A stretch of DNA of 64,000 nt from Candidatus Oxydemutatoraceae bacterium (GTDB lineage: Bacteria; Pseudomonadota; Gammaproteobacteria; Poriferisulfidales; Oxydemutatoraceae): contig OZ244717.1 in the NCBI GenBank assembly GCA_965218975.1, positions 338,347 to 402,346 of the forward strand, in the 5' to 3' direction. How positions within the stretch are numbered: the first letter of the stretch is position 1; each line of letters begins with the position of its first letter. The translations under genes were made by a program, and so were the position numbers. Shown here in pieces: positions 31,457 through 41,276 of this stretch. Below the pieces are notes generated by a model. That model was given only the letters and a program-made list of their open reading frames with translations. It did not search any database and was not told the DNA's origin.

Positions 31457-32374
31457 TCAACAATTCTCAAAGTTCTTTACGATGCATTCGCGAGCAAGGT
31501 CTTGCGCTTTGGAGATATCGGCAGGGATCATTTGTTCCGCCATTATCTCTTTTAATTTTTCGCCGCTTTCATCGCCGTTGATGGAGCCGATGCTTCCCCA
31601 CATATAAGCATAAATATTATCTTTTGATAACCCTTTACCCAGAGCGTACATCAGGCCAAGTTTGGTCTGTGCTCTCGCATCCCCCTGTTCGGCAGCGAGT
31701 TGGTACCACTTTACCGCTTGCCGATTATCTTGGGGAATGCCGTCTCCGTTATAGTACATTGATGCAATATTGTACTGTGCCTTTGCATGCCCCTGTTCGG
31801 CGGCAAGTTGGTACCACTTTGCTGCTTGCCGACTGTCTTGAGAAATGCCGTCGCCGTTGTGATACATCACTGCCAGATTGGTCTGTGCGGTAACTCGTCC
31901 CTGTTCGGCGGCTAACCTGTACCATTTCACTGCTTGTCGACTGTCTTGAGGAATGCCGTCGCCGTTGTCGTACATCAACGCCAGATTAGTCTGTGCTAGC
32001 CCTTCTCCTTGTTCAGCAGCTCGCTCGTACCACCTCATCGCCTCGCGATAATCTTGAGGAACACCGTCGCCGTTGTAGTACATCCATGCCAGATTGGTCT
32101 GCGCTTTTACGTCTCCTTGTTCGGCGGCGAGCCTGTACCATTTCACTGCTTGCCGATCGTCTTGAGGAACGCCGTCGCCGTTGTCGTACATCACGCCCAG
32201 ATTGCACTGAGCCCTTGCATCTCCCTGCTCGGCGAGAGGCATCCACTCTTGCAGGGCGGTCGCAAAGTCTCGTTTTAGAGCGGCATCCAACCCTTTCTGA
32301 AAATCAGCGGAGTAAGCGGACACACCAAACAGGAGCGTATGCAGTAAAACAGAAACGACAAACAGAGATTTCAT
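31457..32374 (-). CDS. Sel1-repeat (TPR-like) protein with signal peptide, longer paralog
   Basis: The leader and Sel1 unit consensus match 30702-31295, with about seven units. The N-terminal 40 aa are nearly identical to the neighbouring paralog. Confidence 0.85.
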   Translation of the reverse strand: MKSLFVVSVLLHTLLFGVSAYSADFQKGLDAALKRDFATALQEWMPLAEQGDARAQCNLGVMYDNGDGVPQDDRQAVKWYRLAAEQGDVKAQTNLAWMYYNGDGVPQDYREAMRWYERAAEQGEGLAQTNLALMYDNGDGIPQDSRQAVKWYRLAAEQGRVTAQTNLAVMYHNGDGISQDSRQAAKWYQLAAEQGHAKAQYNIASMYYNGDGIPQDNRQAVKWYQLAAEQGDARAQTKLGLMYALGKGLSKDNIYAYMWGSIGSINGDESGEKLKEIMAEQMIPADISKAQDLARECIVKNFENC

Positions 32375-32725
32375 ACTCGCATTGTAATCAAATAATTTTT
32401 GAACTGTAAAGAAATTGTATAGGCCCGCTATATATCACGCTTAAGTGAATTTTTTTTATCAATGACACGATATGAATTTGAATTTATACACCTTTTTCTA
32501 ATAATACGGCCTTTTTCATATAAAAATGATTGACATCAGGAATAGCGGCTTCCGGAAAAATGAGTCGCTTTCATCGCCAACATGAGCCGTCTAAGAAAGC
32601 CGGAACTTGAACGACGTCAGAGCGGCGACGCCCTTACAAACACCGAAGAGTTTGTAGACTTGATATATAGCAATTCCATCAAACAGATCGTTAAATTTCG
32701 TTGATAAGCGACCTGGTTTCTATAA

Positions 32726-35700
32726 TCACCTTTCCCCGATACGCAATAAACAGGGTAACAGCACTAGCGTAAATAAAGTGCTCAGCAGCAATCCGCCCAC
32801 AATCACCGTCGCTAACCCGCGATAGAGTTCGGCGCCGGCGCCGAATGCCATCAGCAATGGGAGCATGCCGAATAAACTGGTCAATGTGCTCATTAGAATA
32901 GGGCGCAGACGCAAACGAATCGCCTGCCGTACCGCATCGCAACGATTGCAACCGCCGCGTTCCGCCTGACGTGTTTGATGCACTAGCAAAATGGCATTAT
33001 TCACAACCAAACCCAACAGGATGATAAGACCGATCATCGTCAACAAATCCATCGGCTGAAATGTGATGAAATTGACAATTCTTAACAAAATCACACCGCC
33101 GACAGTTGCCAGCGGTAAAACAATCACTACGAATAAGCTATCGCGGAAAGAACGGAATAACACCGCCATCAGCAAATACAGAATTAAGACCGCCAGTGCA
33201 AATGCTTGCGACATACCGGATAGGGCCACTTTTAATTTATCTGCGCTTCCGGTATATGTAATTTCCCCGTCCTCAGGCAATTGTTCGCGCAGAATCGGCT
33301 CGACTCTTTCGCGCAACAATTTCGCCGTTACTTCAAGCGGTAAAAACGGCGGCGAAATCACTTCCAATGTAACGGTGCGACGTCGGTCAAGGCGACGAAT
33401 GCGATTGGGGCCTGCGGTTCGGCTGATTGTAACCAGCTCGCCAAGCGGTACGGTCCCGGCATTTGGCGTCGCCAACGGAACTGCTGCCAATTCCTCAGGA
33501 GTTTTCCAACCGCTGATTCTACCGATAACATCAATCTTCTTGTCGCCGTCAAAGTAATCGGTAATAAACAAACCGTCGCCGATCATACGAGTGAGCAGTC
33601 CCATTGTCGTATAATCCCACCCCACCTCGACAATCCGCTCTTCGCGGGGAAGCAGCGAAATCTGAGATTCCGCCAGTTCGAGTCCCGGTTTCGGGTTGAC
33701 TCTTGCACCGGGGACCTCGCGCATGATTAGACCATAACCGGTATATGCGGCTTGCAATAAACTCTCAATATCGCGCGTTTGTAAGTTCACCTCAACGCTA
33801 CGAGTGTTCCCTTGACTGAATAAAGATGCGATTCGCGCAAATGAGAATGTGTCAGGGAAATCACGAAATACATTCCCGATAATTGATGATAGTTGTTTCA
33901 CTTGACTCGGTATTCGCGCGACCGCGCCCATGAATGCCCCATTGGCAAAGGCGACAAAAAAATAATGTCGTATCGCGGGTTGTTTGTCGCCGATAACATG
34001 CGGCTGTAATTGTTGCGTAACAACCTCCCCCATTTCTTTTTCCAGCGTTGCAAGATTCATCCCCGGTGGCGTCAGTAGAAATGCAAAAACCAAATTGCGA
34101 TTACCCGCGGGCAAATAATCAGCTTTAGGCAGCAATAACCCCGTCAGAACGACCGGCATTAGAAATAACCCGGCAATTAAAATATGTCTGTGTGTCTTCG
34201 CCGCGGTCAAGCGCATCAAGTGTTCCGTAATTCGGTCCCAAACTTTTGCGAATAAATCCGTATTGCACTCTTTATGCAACCACTCCTTGCTCATCGCCGG
34301 AACTAAAATCAGTGCAGCAACCATTGAAGCGGTGACCGCTGCCGACAGCCCGACGGCAAGATCGGCAAACAATTGCCCGGCCTCGTCCTCCAACAAAATA
34401 ATCGGCAGAAAAACCGCCACAGTGGTAATGGTTGATGCGATCAACGCAACCTTGATTTGATCGCTGCCTTCAACCGCCGCTTCGCGCAAGCCACGCCCCG
34501 CTTCACGCAAACGCAAAATATTTTCAATCGCAATAATTGACGCATCCAGCACCATGCCGACTGCTAACGCCAATGCCGCCAGCGAAATCACATTGAGCGT
34601 GCGTCCGGTAATTTGTAATACAATCAATGCGGCAAATAGCGAGATAGGAATGCTAACGGCAACGATCAAAACCGTACGCACACGGCGGGTGAACCACCAC
34701 AATATCGCACCGGCGAGCACAATGCCAAGCAACAAGTTCGTCAATAACACTTCAATCGACTTCTCGATATAAATCGTCTCGTCGTACACTTGCTCCATTT
34801 CGAGTCCGACACGTTTGAGCGGGCCTTCTGCCAATGCGTTTGCCACCTCCCGCAAACGCGCCATCACCTCGATGACATTCACACCGACTTCACGGTACGC
34901 ATTGACCGCTAACGACCCCTCGCCATTGTTGATTACAAATGATTGACGGTCTTCATAATCCGGACGAATATCGGCTATATCGCGTAAACGTACGGGTCTT
35001 CCGTCGCGCCATTCCAGAATCATTTCCGATAAACCGACGATATCAAACGCGCCTTCAAAGCGAATCGTATAACTCCGCCTGCCGATATCTTCCGTTCCGC
35101 CGGAAATATTTTCTTGTCCGGTAATCATCCGTGCCGCCCGCGGTAGGTCTATACCCAAACCGGCCGCTTTATAAGGGTCCACGGAGATTCGAATTTCCTG
35201 CTCCAAACCGCCGCGCACTTCAGATTGCGAAATTCCCCATACCCGTTCAAACCGAGATTGCACCACTTCTTCGACAAATCGTTTGTACTCCGCAATGTTT
35301 TTGTCGTTACCGTGTATCGGCTTGATAATAAACCAAGCGATCGGACGTGCCGCTTCGCCGACAGTGCTTAATATCGGTTCGTCGGCATCAACCGGATAGT
35401 CCGCCACTCGATTCAAGCGATTGAGCACTTCAATCAACGCACGTTCGATGCTGTAACCTAAATCAAATGTCAAAGTAACAGAACCTTGACCACGGCTTGC
35501 TTCCGAAAGCATCGATACGACTCCCGGCAGTCCTTTTAACGCATCTTCTTGCGGCTCAATAATTTCAGACTCGATTTCTTCAGGCGCCGCCGCGCGCCAA
35601 GTCGTTGTAATAGTAATCTCAGGCTTAATAATTTCCGGAGTGAGCTGAATCGGTAATTTAAGCAACATTACAATCCCAAAGGTCATCACTAACAAGAGGA

Positions 35701-35749
35701 TGACATATCCCATAATCGGATTGTCTATTACCGTACGCGTCAGCTTCAT
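32726..35749 (-). CDS. RND efflux transporter, inner-membrane permease subunit (AcrB/CzcA superfamily)
   Basis: The 1007 aa protein has a 12-TM-type organisation with two large periplasmic loops. Typical segments are present (VLDASIIAIENI, LGLVVNNAILLV). A 4 nt overlap links it to the adaptor gene. Confidence 0.85.
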   Translation of the reverse strand: MKLTRTVIDNPIMGYVILLLVMTFGIVMLLKLPIQLTPEIIKPEITITTTWRAAAPEEIESEIIEPQEDALKGLPGVVSMLSEASRGQGSVTLTFDLGYSIERALIEVLNRLNRVADYPVDADEPILSTVGEAARPIAWFIIKPIHGNDKNIAEYKRFVEEVVQSRFERVWGISQSEVRGGLEQEIRISVDPYKAAGLGIDLPRAARMITGQENISGGTEDIGRRSYTIRFEGAFDIVGLSEMILEWRDGRPVRLRDIADIRPDYEDRQSFVINNGEGSLAVNAYREVGVNVIEVMARLREVANALAEGPLKRVGLEMEQVYDETIYIEKSIEVLLTNLLLGIVLAGAILWWFTRRVRTVLIVAVSIPISLFAALIVLQITGRTLNVISLAALALAVGMVLDASIIAIENILRLREAGRGLREAAVEGSDQIKVALIASTITTVAVFLPIILLEDEAGQLFADLAVGLSAAVTASMVAALILVPAMSKEWLHKECNTDLFAKVWDRITEHLMRLTAAKTHRHILIAGLFLMPVVLTGLLLPKADYLPAGNRNLVFAFLLTPPGMNLATLEKEMGEVVTQQLQPHVIGDKQPAIRHYFFVAFANGAFMGAVARIPSQVKQLSSIIGNVFRDFPDTFSFARIASLFSQGNTRSVEVNLQTRDIESLLQAAYTGYGLIMREVPGARVNPKPGLELAESQISLLPREERIVEVGWDYTTMGLLTRMIGDGLFITDYFDGDKKIDVIGRISGWKTPEELAAVPLATPNAGTVPLGELVTISRTAGPNRIRRLDRRRTVTLEVISPPFLPLEVTAKLLRERVEPILREQLPEDGEITYTGSADKLKVALSGMSQAFALAVLILYLLMAVLFRSFRDSLFVVIVLPLATVGGVILLRIVNFITFQPMDLLTMIGLIILLGLVVNNAILLVHQTRQAERGGCNRCDAVRQAIRLRLRPILMSTLTSLFGMLPLLMAFGAGAELYRGLATVIVGGLLLSTLFTLVLLPCLLRIGER

Positions 35750-36882
35750 TGACGTGACTTCAAAGATGGCTGGGAATCGCCTTGCGGCGCATGAAGCGGC
35801 CGTACCGACATCCCTTCGCGTACCCGCTCGGCGCCGCGAATAATCACTTGGTCGCCGATTTTTAATGTGCTGTTGCGCACTTCAATCAAACCATCGCTGG
35901 TGGATACTCCGACTTGTACCGGCACACGTTGCGCCATCTGATCACGAGTCACTCTCATCACGCTCATCCCGGTGTTGCGAATAACCAATGCATCTTCCGG
36001 TACTACCAAACTATTGCGCGGCGATGAAATCGGTACTGCAACGCGCACCAACTGCCGAGCATAACCCGTCGGTATTATCCAATCCAAACGCAACTCAAAC
36101 AGCCGCGATACGCTGTCGGCAACCGGCACAACGGTGCGCAGATTTGCTTGTTGAGCTTGCCCGTTGACCTCGATTATCAACAGGTCGCCTACGGCAACTT
36201 GCGATAGGATGTAGGCAGGGACCGATGTTGTAATTTCCAAACTCTGCGGGTCTGTCAATGCGACAATTTCATCTCCCGCCGACACCCATTCGCCTTCTTC
36301 CGCGTGCCTTTCGTTAATCACTCCGTCAAACGGCGCAACAATGCTCATCCGGCGAAGTAATTCATCCGTCCGTGCCACTCTTGCTTGGTTTGCCGCATAC
36401 ATTGCTCTAGTCGCATCCAAATCGGCCTGCATCTGTTCAAGCCGGCTTAAAGCCGCATTGTTATTTTTCGCAAGTTCGTTAAGACGCCCAACTTCCCTAT
36501 TCAGAAATCCGATGCTTGCTTGCAGGCTAACACTTTCCGCTTTCTGCGCGATCAATTCTTGTTGCAACAATGCATCGTCAAGCCGCACGATGACTTCACC
36601 GCGCTTAAAGTAATCGCCAACTTCCGGTACCGCGATAATCCGCCCGGCATTTTCAGCAGCGATGTCAGCGTGATTGCGACTTATCACACTGCCGCTAAAC
36701 CATAATTGTTCGCGTAATTCCTGCTGTTGCACCGGAGCAAGAATTACCGGCATTGAGGGGACTGCCCCGCCGGGCGGTCCTCCCGGCAGTTGCGCGACAC
36801 TCGACGCTACCGTAAACAACAGCGCCACACAAATCATGCCTGCTGCCGACACACTCAACTTTACTTTTAATATTATTGACAA
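35746..36882 (-). CDS. RND efflux periplasmic adaptor (membrane fusion protein, HlyD family)
   Basis: It has an N-terminal anchor, a coiled-coil hairpin region (LQASIGFLNREVGRLNELAKNNNAALSRLEQMQADLDATRA) and beta-barrel segments. It lies directly upstream of the RND permease. Confidence 0.8.
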   Translation of the reverse strand: MSIILKVKLSVSAAGMICVALLFTVASSVAQLPGGPPGGAVPSMPVILAPVQQQELREQLWFSGSVISRNHADIAAENAGRIIAVPEVGDYFKRGEVIVRLDDALLQQELIAQKAESVSLQASIGFLNREVGRLNELAKNNNAALSRLEQMQADLDATRAMYAANQARVARTDELLRRMSIVAPFDGVINERHAEEGEWVSAGDEIVALTDPQSLEITTSVPAYILSQVAVGDLLIIEVNGQAQQANLRTVVPVADSVSRLFELRLDWIIPTGYARQLVRVAVPISSPRNSLVVPEDALVIRNTGMSVMRVTRDQMAQRVPVQVGVSTSDGLIEVRNSTLKIGDQVIIRGAERVREGMSVRPLHAPQGDSQPSLKSRQ

Positions 36883-37001
36883 CTTACCCTTTGCGTTATT
36901 TGCTTATAGTTTAAACCAAGATCGGACTGTACTCGTTCCTTAGCGGAAGAATAAAATTTTCGACTTAGAATCGGGGCGCTGCCGCCGCAATCCGCGCACT
37001 T

Positions 37002-37751
37002 TTACCAGTAAGCTTCAACCGTGATGTGTCCTGGCGTGCGTCGCCGATTTCTCTCTAACCCCTTCTTGCGCAGAACAGTCATGGTGTCTTTTACCATATC
37101 CGGATTGCCGCAAAGCATCACCTGCGAATCTGCCGTATTGAACCGGCAGCCGGTTCCCGCTTCCAGCGAACCATTCCGAATCGCCGCGGGGATTCTTCCC
37201 GGCAAAGCGAAGTCGCTTTGTTCACGACTAACAAAATGTACCAATGTGAACTGATTCGGGTGTTGCGCGGCAAACTGCCGAAGAATGTCGCGGTAAGAGG
37301 CTTCTTTAATCATTCTTACCGCATGGATAAGAATCACTTTCTCAAACCTTTGCCATGGCGTTGCAGTTTTGAGTATGGATAAAAATGGCCCTATTCCCGT
37401 GCCGGTCGAAATTAACCAAAGATGCTTGCCGTGCGGAATTTCATCAAGAACTAAAAAACCGACGGGCGATTTCGCGACCAAGACCGAATCGCCGGATTGT
37501 AATTCGGCAAGCTTTGAAGACAAGCGGCCGGCGGAAACGACAATGGAATAAAACTCTTTGATCGGATCGCCCGGTGCATTGACATATGAATAGGGGCGAG
37601 CCACCTGCTCTCCGTCAATCATCAACGCCAATTTGCCGAACTGTCCCGCTTGGAACAGATCGGTTTCCACATCCACACGCAGCGAATACAACCGATTTGT
37701 CCAGTGTTTATTCTCGACAACTGTTCCTTCCGCATACTTTGCATTGACCAT
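37002..37751 (-). CDS. fpr: Ferredoxin-NADP+ reductase (Fpr type)
   Basis: The FAD-binding motif is RPYSYVNAP and the NADP-binding motif is WLISTGTGIGPFLSIL. The C-terminal ...HITVEAYW ending and the ~249 aa size fit bacterial Fpr. Confidence 0.85.
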   Translation of the reverse strand: MVNAKYAEGTVVENKHWTNRLYSLRVDVETDLFQAGQFGKLALMIDGEQVARPYSYVNAPGDPIKEFYSIVVSAGRLSSKLAELQSGDSVLVAKSPVGFLVLDEIPHGKHLWLISTGTGIGPFLSILKTATPWQRFEKVILIHAVRMIKEASYRDILRQFAAQHPNQFTLVHFVSREQSDFALPGRIPAAIRNGSLEAGTGCRFNTADSQVMLCGNPDMVKDTMTVLRKKGLERNRRRTPGHITVEAYW

Positions 37752-38136
37752 TTCTTTGTACCGATATTTTTTAAAAACGCATTGTAGTGCAGAATAAATT
37801 ACCTGTCTTTATTACTTAAGGATGAACATACGTTATAGATCAATCGGGTGGATACGGCGTTAGTTGCCGAGCATAATAATCATTGATTGACGTAGAGATT
37901 TTTTCTATAGTACCCGTTACGATTACAATTGTTTGCAAAGGAGAAACGAATGGATATCTATCGCATCACCGCTATTATCGTTGGTCTGTTTATAATGGGC
38001 CTTGCGGTGTATATGGGCATGCACTAAACGCCGCGCTTAATCAATCGCAACCCAATCGCGACCGCTGGTTACCTGCTTCGCAACCGTTTATCGGTTGAGC
38101 TGCCGTCTGTTCCGCCATCTCTGGTAAAACACCCGA

Positions 38137-38673
38137 ATGATGGCATGGCGGCACGCAACACTTGGCTTCACTCTGGTAGAACTATTAATTACATTGACTC
38201 TGATCGCAATTGCATTAAACGGTGCGGTATACGGCTACCGTGACTGGCAGAAACGCACTTTGATTAGCGAACACTTAAACTTGTGGGTCAAGACTTTGCG
38301 CTTTGCTCGCAATTATGCGTTAATTTCAGGTAACGCAACGGTTCTTTGTCCGAGCTCAAGCATTGTCGGATGTAATGGGAACGATTATGCAAAAGGCTGG
38401 TTGGTCTTTGCAGAAAATTCTCATGGCGACGCGGGACGCTACGACAGCGAAGATCGCATCATTGCTCGCTCGGATGCTTGGCATTCCTCGCTAACATTAC
38501 ATAGCAATTTTAAAACGCCGGTGCGGTTTAACTCTTCGGGCAGAACCAATGCCAACGGGCGGTTTGTCCTCTGCATTGATCATGACCCCGGATTAATGCG
38601 CGGAATCTTTTTGATTCGTTCCGGACGGCTGCGTTTGACACGAAGCGGCGAACTCAACGAGTGTTTATCGTGA
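38137..38673 (+). CDS. fimT: Type IV pilus minor pilin, FimT/GspH family
   Basis: The prepilin N-terminus is GFTLVELLITLTLIAIAL. It is the first gene of a minor-pilin operon. ~178 aa. Confidence 0.7.
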   Translation: MMAWRHATLGFTLVELLITLTLIAIALNGAVYGYRDWQKRTLISEHLNLWVKTLRFARNYALISGNATVLCPSSSIVGCNGNDYAKGWLVFAENSHGDAGRYDSEDRIIARSDAWHSSLTLHSNFKTPVRFNSSGRTNANGRFVLCIDHDPGLMRGIFLIRSGRLRLTRSGELNECLS

Positions 38674-39176
38674 CGAACACGGCAAACCGCTTGCAGAAAT
38701 CAACATGCGGATTTGCTTTAGTGGAATTGCTGATCACTATTTTACTGCTAACGGTCGGTGTACTCGGCACTTTACATTTGCAACAATACGCCGCCATGAT
38801 AGAGCGTGATCTGCAATATCGCATTCGCGCAAGCGCCTTAATCGAAGACATCGTCCGCAAGATGGATGCGGCAGAACATCATGCCGATAATTTTTTAACC
38901 GGTTTCGGCGCACCGCCCGCAACTACTAATTGCTGGCAAACAAACTGCGGAGAAACTCAACGTCACCGCTTTCATCTCGCTCATTGGAAATGCCGCTTAG
39001 GGAGATGGCAAAATACAAGCGTTTGCCGCACCCGACTTCGCACTCGCGGATTACTGCCTTACGGTGACGGTGAAATTCAACGCGGCCATCAAACCTTGCG
39101 CATTGCCGTGCGCTGGCATGACAGTCGCCAACAGATACAAACACTGACCCACCATTATGTTCCGTTACATCCTTAG
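38661..39176 (+). CDS. pilV: Type IV pilus minor pilin PilV
   Basis: The prepilin N-terminus is GFALVELLITILLLTVGVLG. It lies between fimT and the pilW-like gene, with overlapping gene boundaries. Confidence 0.7.
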   Translation: MFIVTNTANRLQKSTCGFALVELLITILLLTVGVLGTLHLQQYAAMIERDLQYRIRASALIEDIVRKMDAAEHHADNFLTGFGAPPATTNCWQTNCGETQRHRFHLAHWKCRLGRWQNTSVCRTRLRTRGLLPYGDGEIQRGHQTLRIAVRWHDSRQQIQTLTHHYVPLHP

Positions 39177-40179
39177 CGCCAACAATCCTAAATTCTTAAG
39201 CATTGCGGGCACAGCTCTTCTCGAATGGATACTTGCCTCATTACTCGGGATTTTTCTGATAGTCGCATTAGAACGATTGTTTCAGACGATCGCTACCGAT
39301 CATAGCTTTAGGGAGGCACAATCCGCCGCGATAATAACGTTGGCAGTAACCGAGCAAACCGTCAGTAAACGCTTGCACCTTAGTACCGCGCTTCCTTGCG
39401 GTAACACCCCGGGACAAATCAACCTTGTGAACGACGGAAGCGCTCTCTATTGGCTTGACCTGTTTGCAAGTGCAAAACAAATACATCCCTACGATAGCGA
39501 GGAAGCATCAGCGATTCGTCGCCTCGGCACTGCTGCGGGCGAACGCGCCGCCGGCAGCGATGTATTAGTGATTCTCGCCGCACAACAACCGATTCGGGTT
39601 GTCACACACAATGTTGAAGAGGGCATATTAGTTTTAGCCGAAGCTTCCTTATTGCGGCCCGGTGAATTTGCGATCGTCTGCGACCCGCAAGTAACCGCGT
39701 TATTCCAAATCACCCGGCAATTTGATCAAGGGCAGCGATTGGCATATCGTGGTGGCGGCGTGTCGCCGGGCAATTGTGCAAACGATTTTGATATAAATCG
39801 GCCGTGTGCCCCGAACACTGCTTACATATTTTCCGACCACGCCTTGCTCACGGTGTTTGAACCGGCTGTTCTGTTTGTCGGGCAATCGCATCATCCCGGT
39901 CGTCGTTCACTTTATCGCGAACGGCTCAGTCTGACTCAATCCGGCGATGGCAACATTCGTGCCGGCATGCGCCGCGAGGAAATTATTGAAGGTGTTGAAA
40001 TTCTGCGTGCCCGCTCGCTAAGCGATAACGTGGTTGATTTTGGAATTGTCGCCGCCGCTCCATTACCGGTTGCCGACCTAACGCCCGCTTCCGTTCATTT
40101 GCTTGGCAGGGATGTTACATCATGGCTATCCGACCACGGAAGCTTATATGACGTAACGGAGTTCAGCGTTGCACTATAA
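39157..40179 (+). CDS. pilW: Type IV pilus assembly protein PilW-like
   Basis: The 340 aa protein has an N-terminal hydrophobic segment (TALLEWILASLLGIFLIVAL). The call rests on its position and size in the pilV-pilW-pilX order. Confidence 0.55.
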   Translation: MFRYILSANNPKFLSIAGTALLEWILASLLGIFLIVALERLFQTIATDHSFREAQSAAIITLAVTEQTVSKRLHLSTALPCGNTPGQINLVNDGSALYWLDLFASAKQIHPYDSEEASAIRRLGTAAGERAAGSDVLVILAAQQPIRVVTHNVEEGILVLAEASLLRPGEFAIVCDPQVTALFQITRQFDQGQRLAYRGGGVSPGNCANDFDINRPCAPNTAYIFSDHALLTVFEPAVLFVGQSHHPGRRSLYRERLSLTQSGDGNIRAGMRREEIIEGVEILRARSLSDNVVDFGIVAAAPLPVADLTPASVHLLGRDVTSWLSDHGSLYDVTEFSVAL

Positions 40180-40591
40180 ATATTTCATTGACCAATGTTT
40201 GGCGTATCCTCATTCGAAAACTCGTGGCAGTAGCCTGATTATTACTTTAGCATTACTGTTGATTTTGACACCTTTAGCGCTCGGCAGCATGTACCGATTG
40301 CAATATCAGTCTCAAACCTTATATGCGCTAGACAACAAACGCCGCCTGCAAACCGAAGTCAGGCAGCAACTCGTTCTAGCCGCCGCAATTGCGCAGACGC
40401 TGCCGGCAAATATCTCAGTAGCCAATTCAAATTGGCAAATCACCGCCTTAGCCAATACCGCCTCAACTCAAACCATCAGTTATTTTCAGCTCAGCGGGCA
40501 AGTTGAAAATGCTTCCGGTCGCGTTACCGCTCACGCCCTGTACCGACGCGGCATTGATCCGGCAATACGGATGTTTCAGTTTGCTCAATAG
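40169..40591 (+). CDS. PilX-like minor pilin (by position)
   Basis: The 140 aa protein has an N-terminal hydrophobic helix (SSLIITLALLLILTPLALG). It overlaps the pilW stop. Confidence 0.45.
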   Translation: MHYKYFIDQCLAYPHSKTRGSSLIITLALLLILTPLALGSMYRLQYQSQTLYALDNKRRLQTEVRQQLVLAAAIAQTLPANISVANSNWQITALANTASTQTISYFQLSGQVENASGRVTAHALYRRGIDPAIRMFQFAQ

Positions 40592-41006
40592 CTCGAATAA
40601 CGCGAAATACGGTTGCCGTATTGCAGCCTTCTCTTTGCTTGAACTGCTGTTTGCAATGGTCATCAGCGCCATTATTTTATCGTTGGCGATCAACACTTAT
40701 GATCGTTATCAAATAAAAATTCAATATTTAGACGGGCGCAATAAACTGCTTGAAATCATGCAGAAACAGCATCACCATTTTGCCGAACATTTAACTTTCA
40801 CCGACCAACTCGAATCTCTAGGGTTTTCCTCGATTGATCATGCCGTCTTATCCGATCACCAACATTTTCGCATCCGTGCCGCACCTTGCCAAACCGTGAT
40901 TGCTCAATGTGTCCGCTTAACCGCAACTGCAACCGATCCCACAAACGATGTTGACACTTTAACTTTGGACTCCATGGGGCGCCGAACTCCAGCAGATATC
41001 TGGTAG
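40581..41006 (+). CDS. Minor pilin, PilE/FimU-like
   Basis: The prepilin-like N-terminus is AAFSLLELLFAMVISAIILSLAI. The likely TTG start at 40581 is in frame with the listed ORF 40503-41006. Confidence 0.55.
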   Translation: MLNSSNNAKYGCRIAAFSLLELLFAMVISAIILSLAINTYDRYQIKIQYLDGRNKLLEIMQKQHHHFAEHLTFTDQLESLGFSSIDHAVLSDHQHFRIRAAPCQTVIAQCVRLTATATDPTNDVDTLTLDSMGRRTPADIW

Positions 41007-41070
41007 ATTGAACAAGTGAAAACAGGATTTATTAGTTTAAGGTAATTGCTTAATTTTTTATATATTTTGC

Positions 41071-41144
41071 ACGATGCCACCCTAAATGGGATTCTTGAAT
41101 AGCTTCGGGGGAAGCGTTCGGCAGAAAGCACCGATCCGAATGTT
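41071..41144 (+). repeat. Solo fragment of the mosaic-repeat tail: the arm is inverted relative to loci 26964-27040 and 52470-52546, and the core is in the same orientation
   Basis: ACGATGCCACCCTAAATGGGATTCTTGAA..GCTTCGGGGGAAGCGTTCGGCAG is the reverse complement of the tail arm. It is followed by the shared core AAAGCACCGATCCGAATGTT. Confidence 0.85.
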
Positions 41145-41162
41145 ATGGTCCTATACATATTG

Positions 41163-41191
41163 TTGACATGCTGTTGTAAAGTCAATATACT
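41163..41191 (+). promoter_or_regulatory. Sigma70-type promoter (TTGACA, 17 nt spacer, TATACT) upstream of the lipoprotein gene
   Basis: A perfect -35 lies at 41163-41168 and a near-consensus -10 at 41186-41191 with exactly 17 nt between them. The element is 85 nt upstream of the ATG at 41277. Confidence 0.6.
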
Positions 41192-41276
41192 TTGACGCAA
41201 ACCAAACAAGATGGCGCAACGCTTAGTGGCGTTACGGCGTTTAATAAAATACCCCGAATTCGAAGGAATGTAAGAT

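Noticed and set aside
30782-32409. Plus-strand ORFs (163, 95, 89, 138 aa) over the Sel1 genes
   Set aside because: They are antisense to clear Sel1-repeat proteins with signal peptides. Their R/P/C-rich composition is typical of out-of-frame reading.
37883-38098. A 71 aa ORF between fpr and fimT
   Set aside because: It has no RBS and no motif, and it lies in a likely divergent promoter region. A shorter hydrophobic ORF in another frame is equally (im)plausible.
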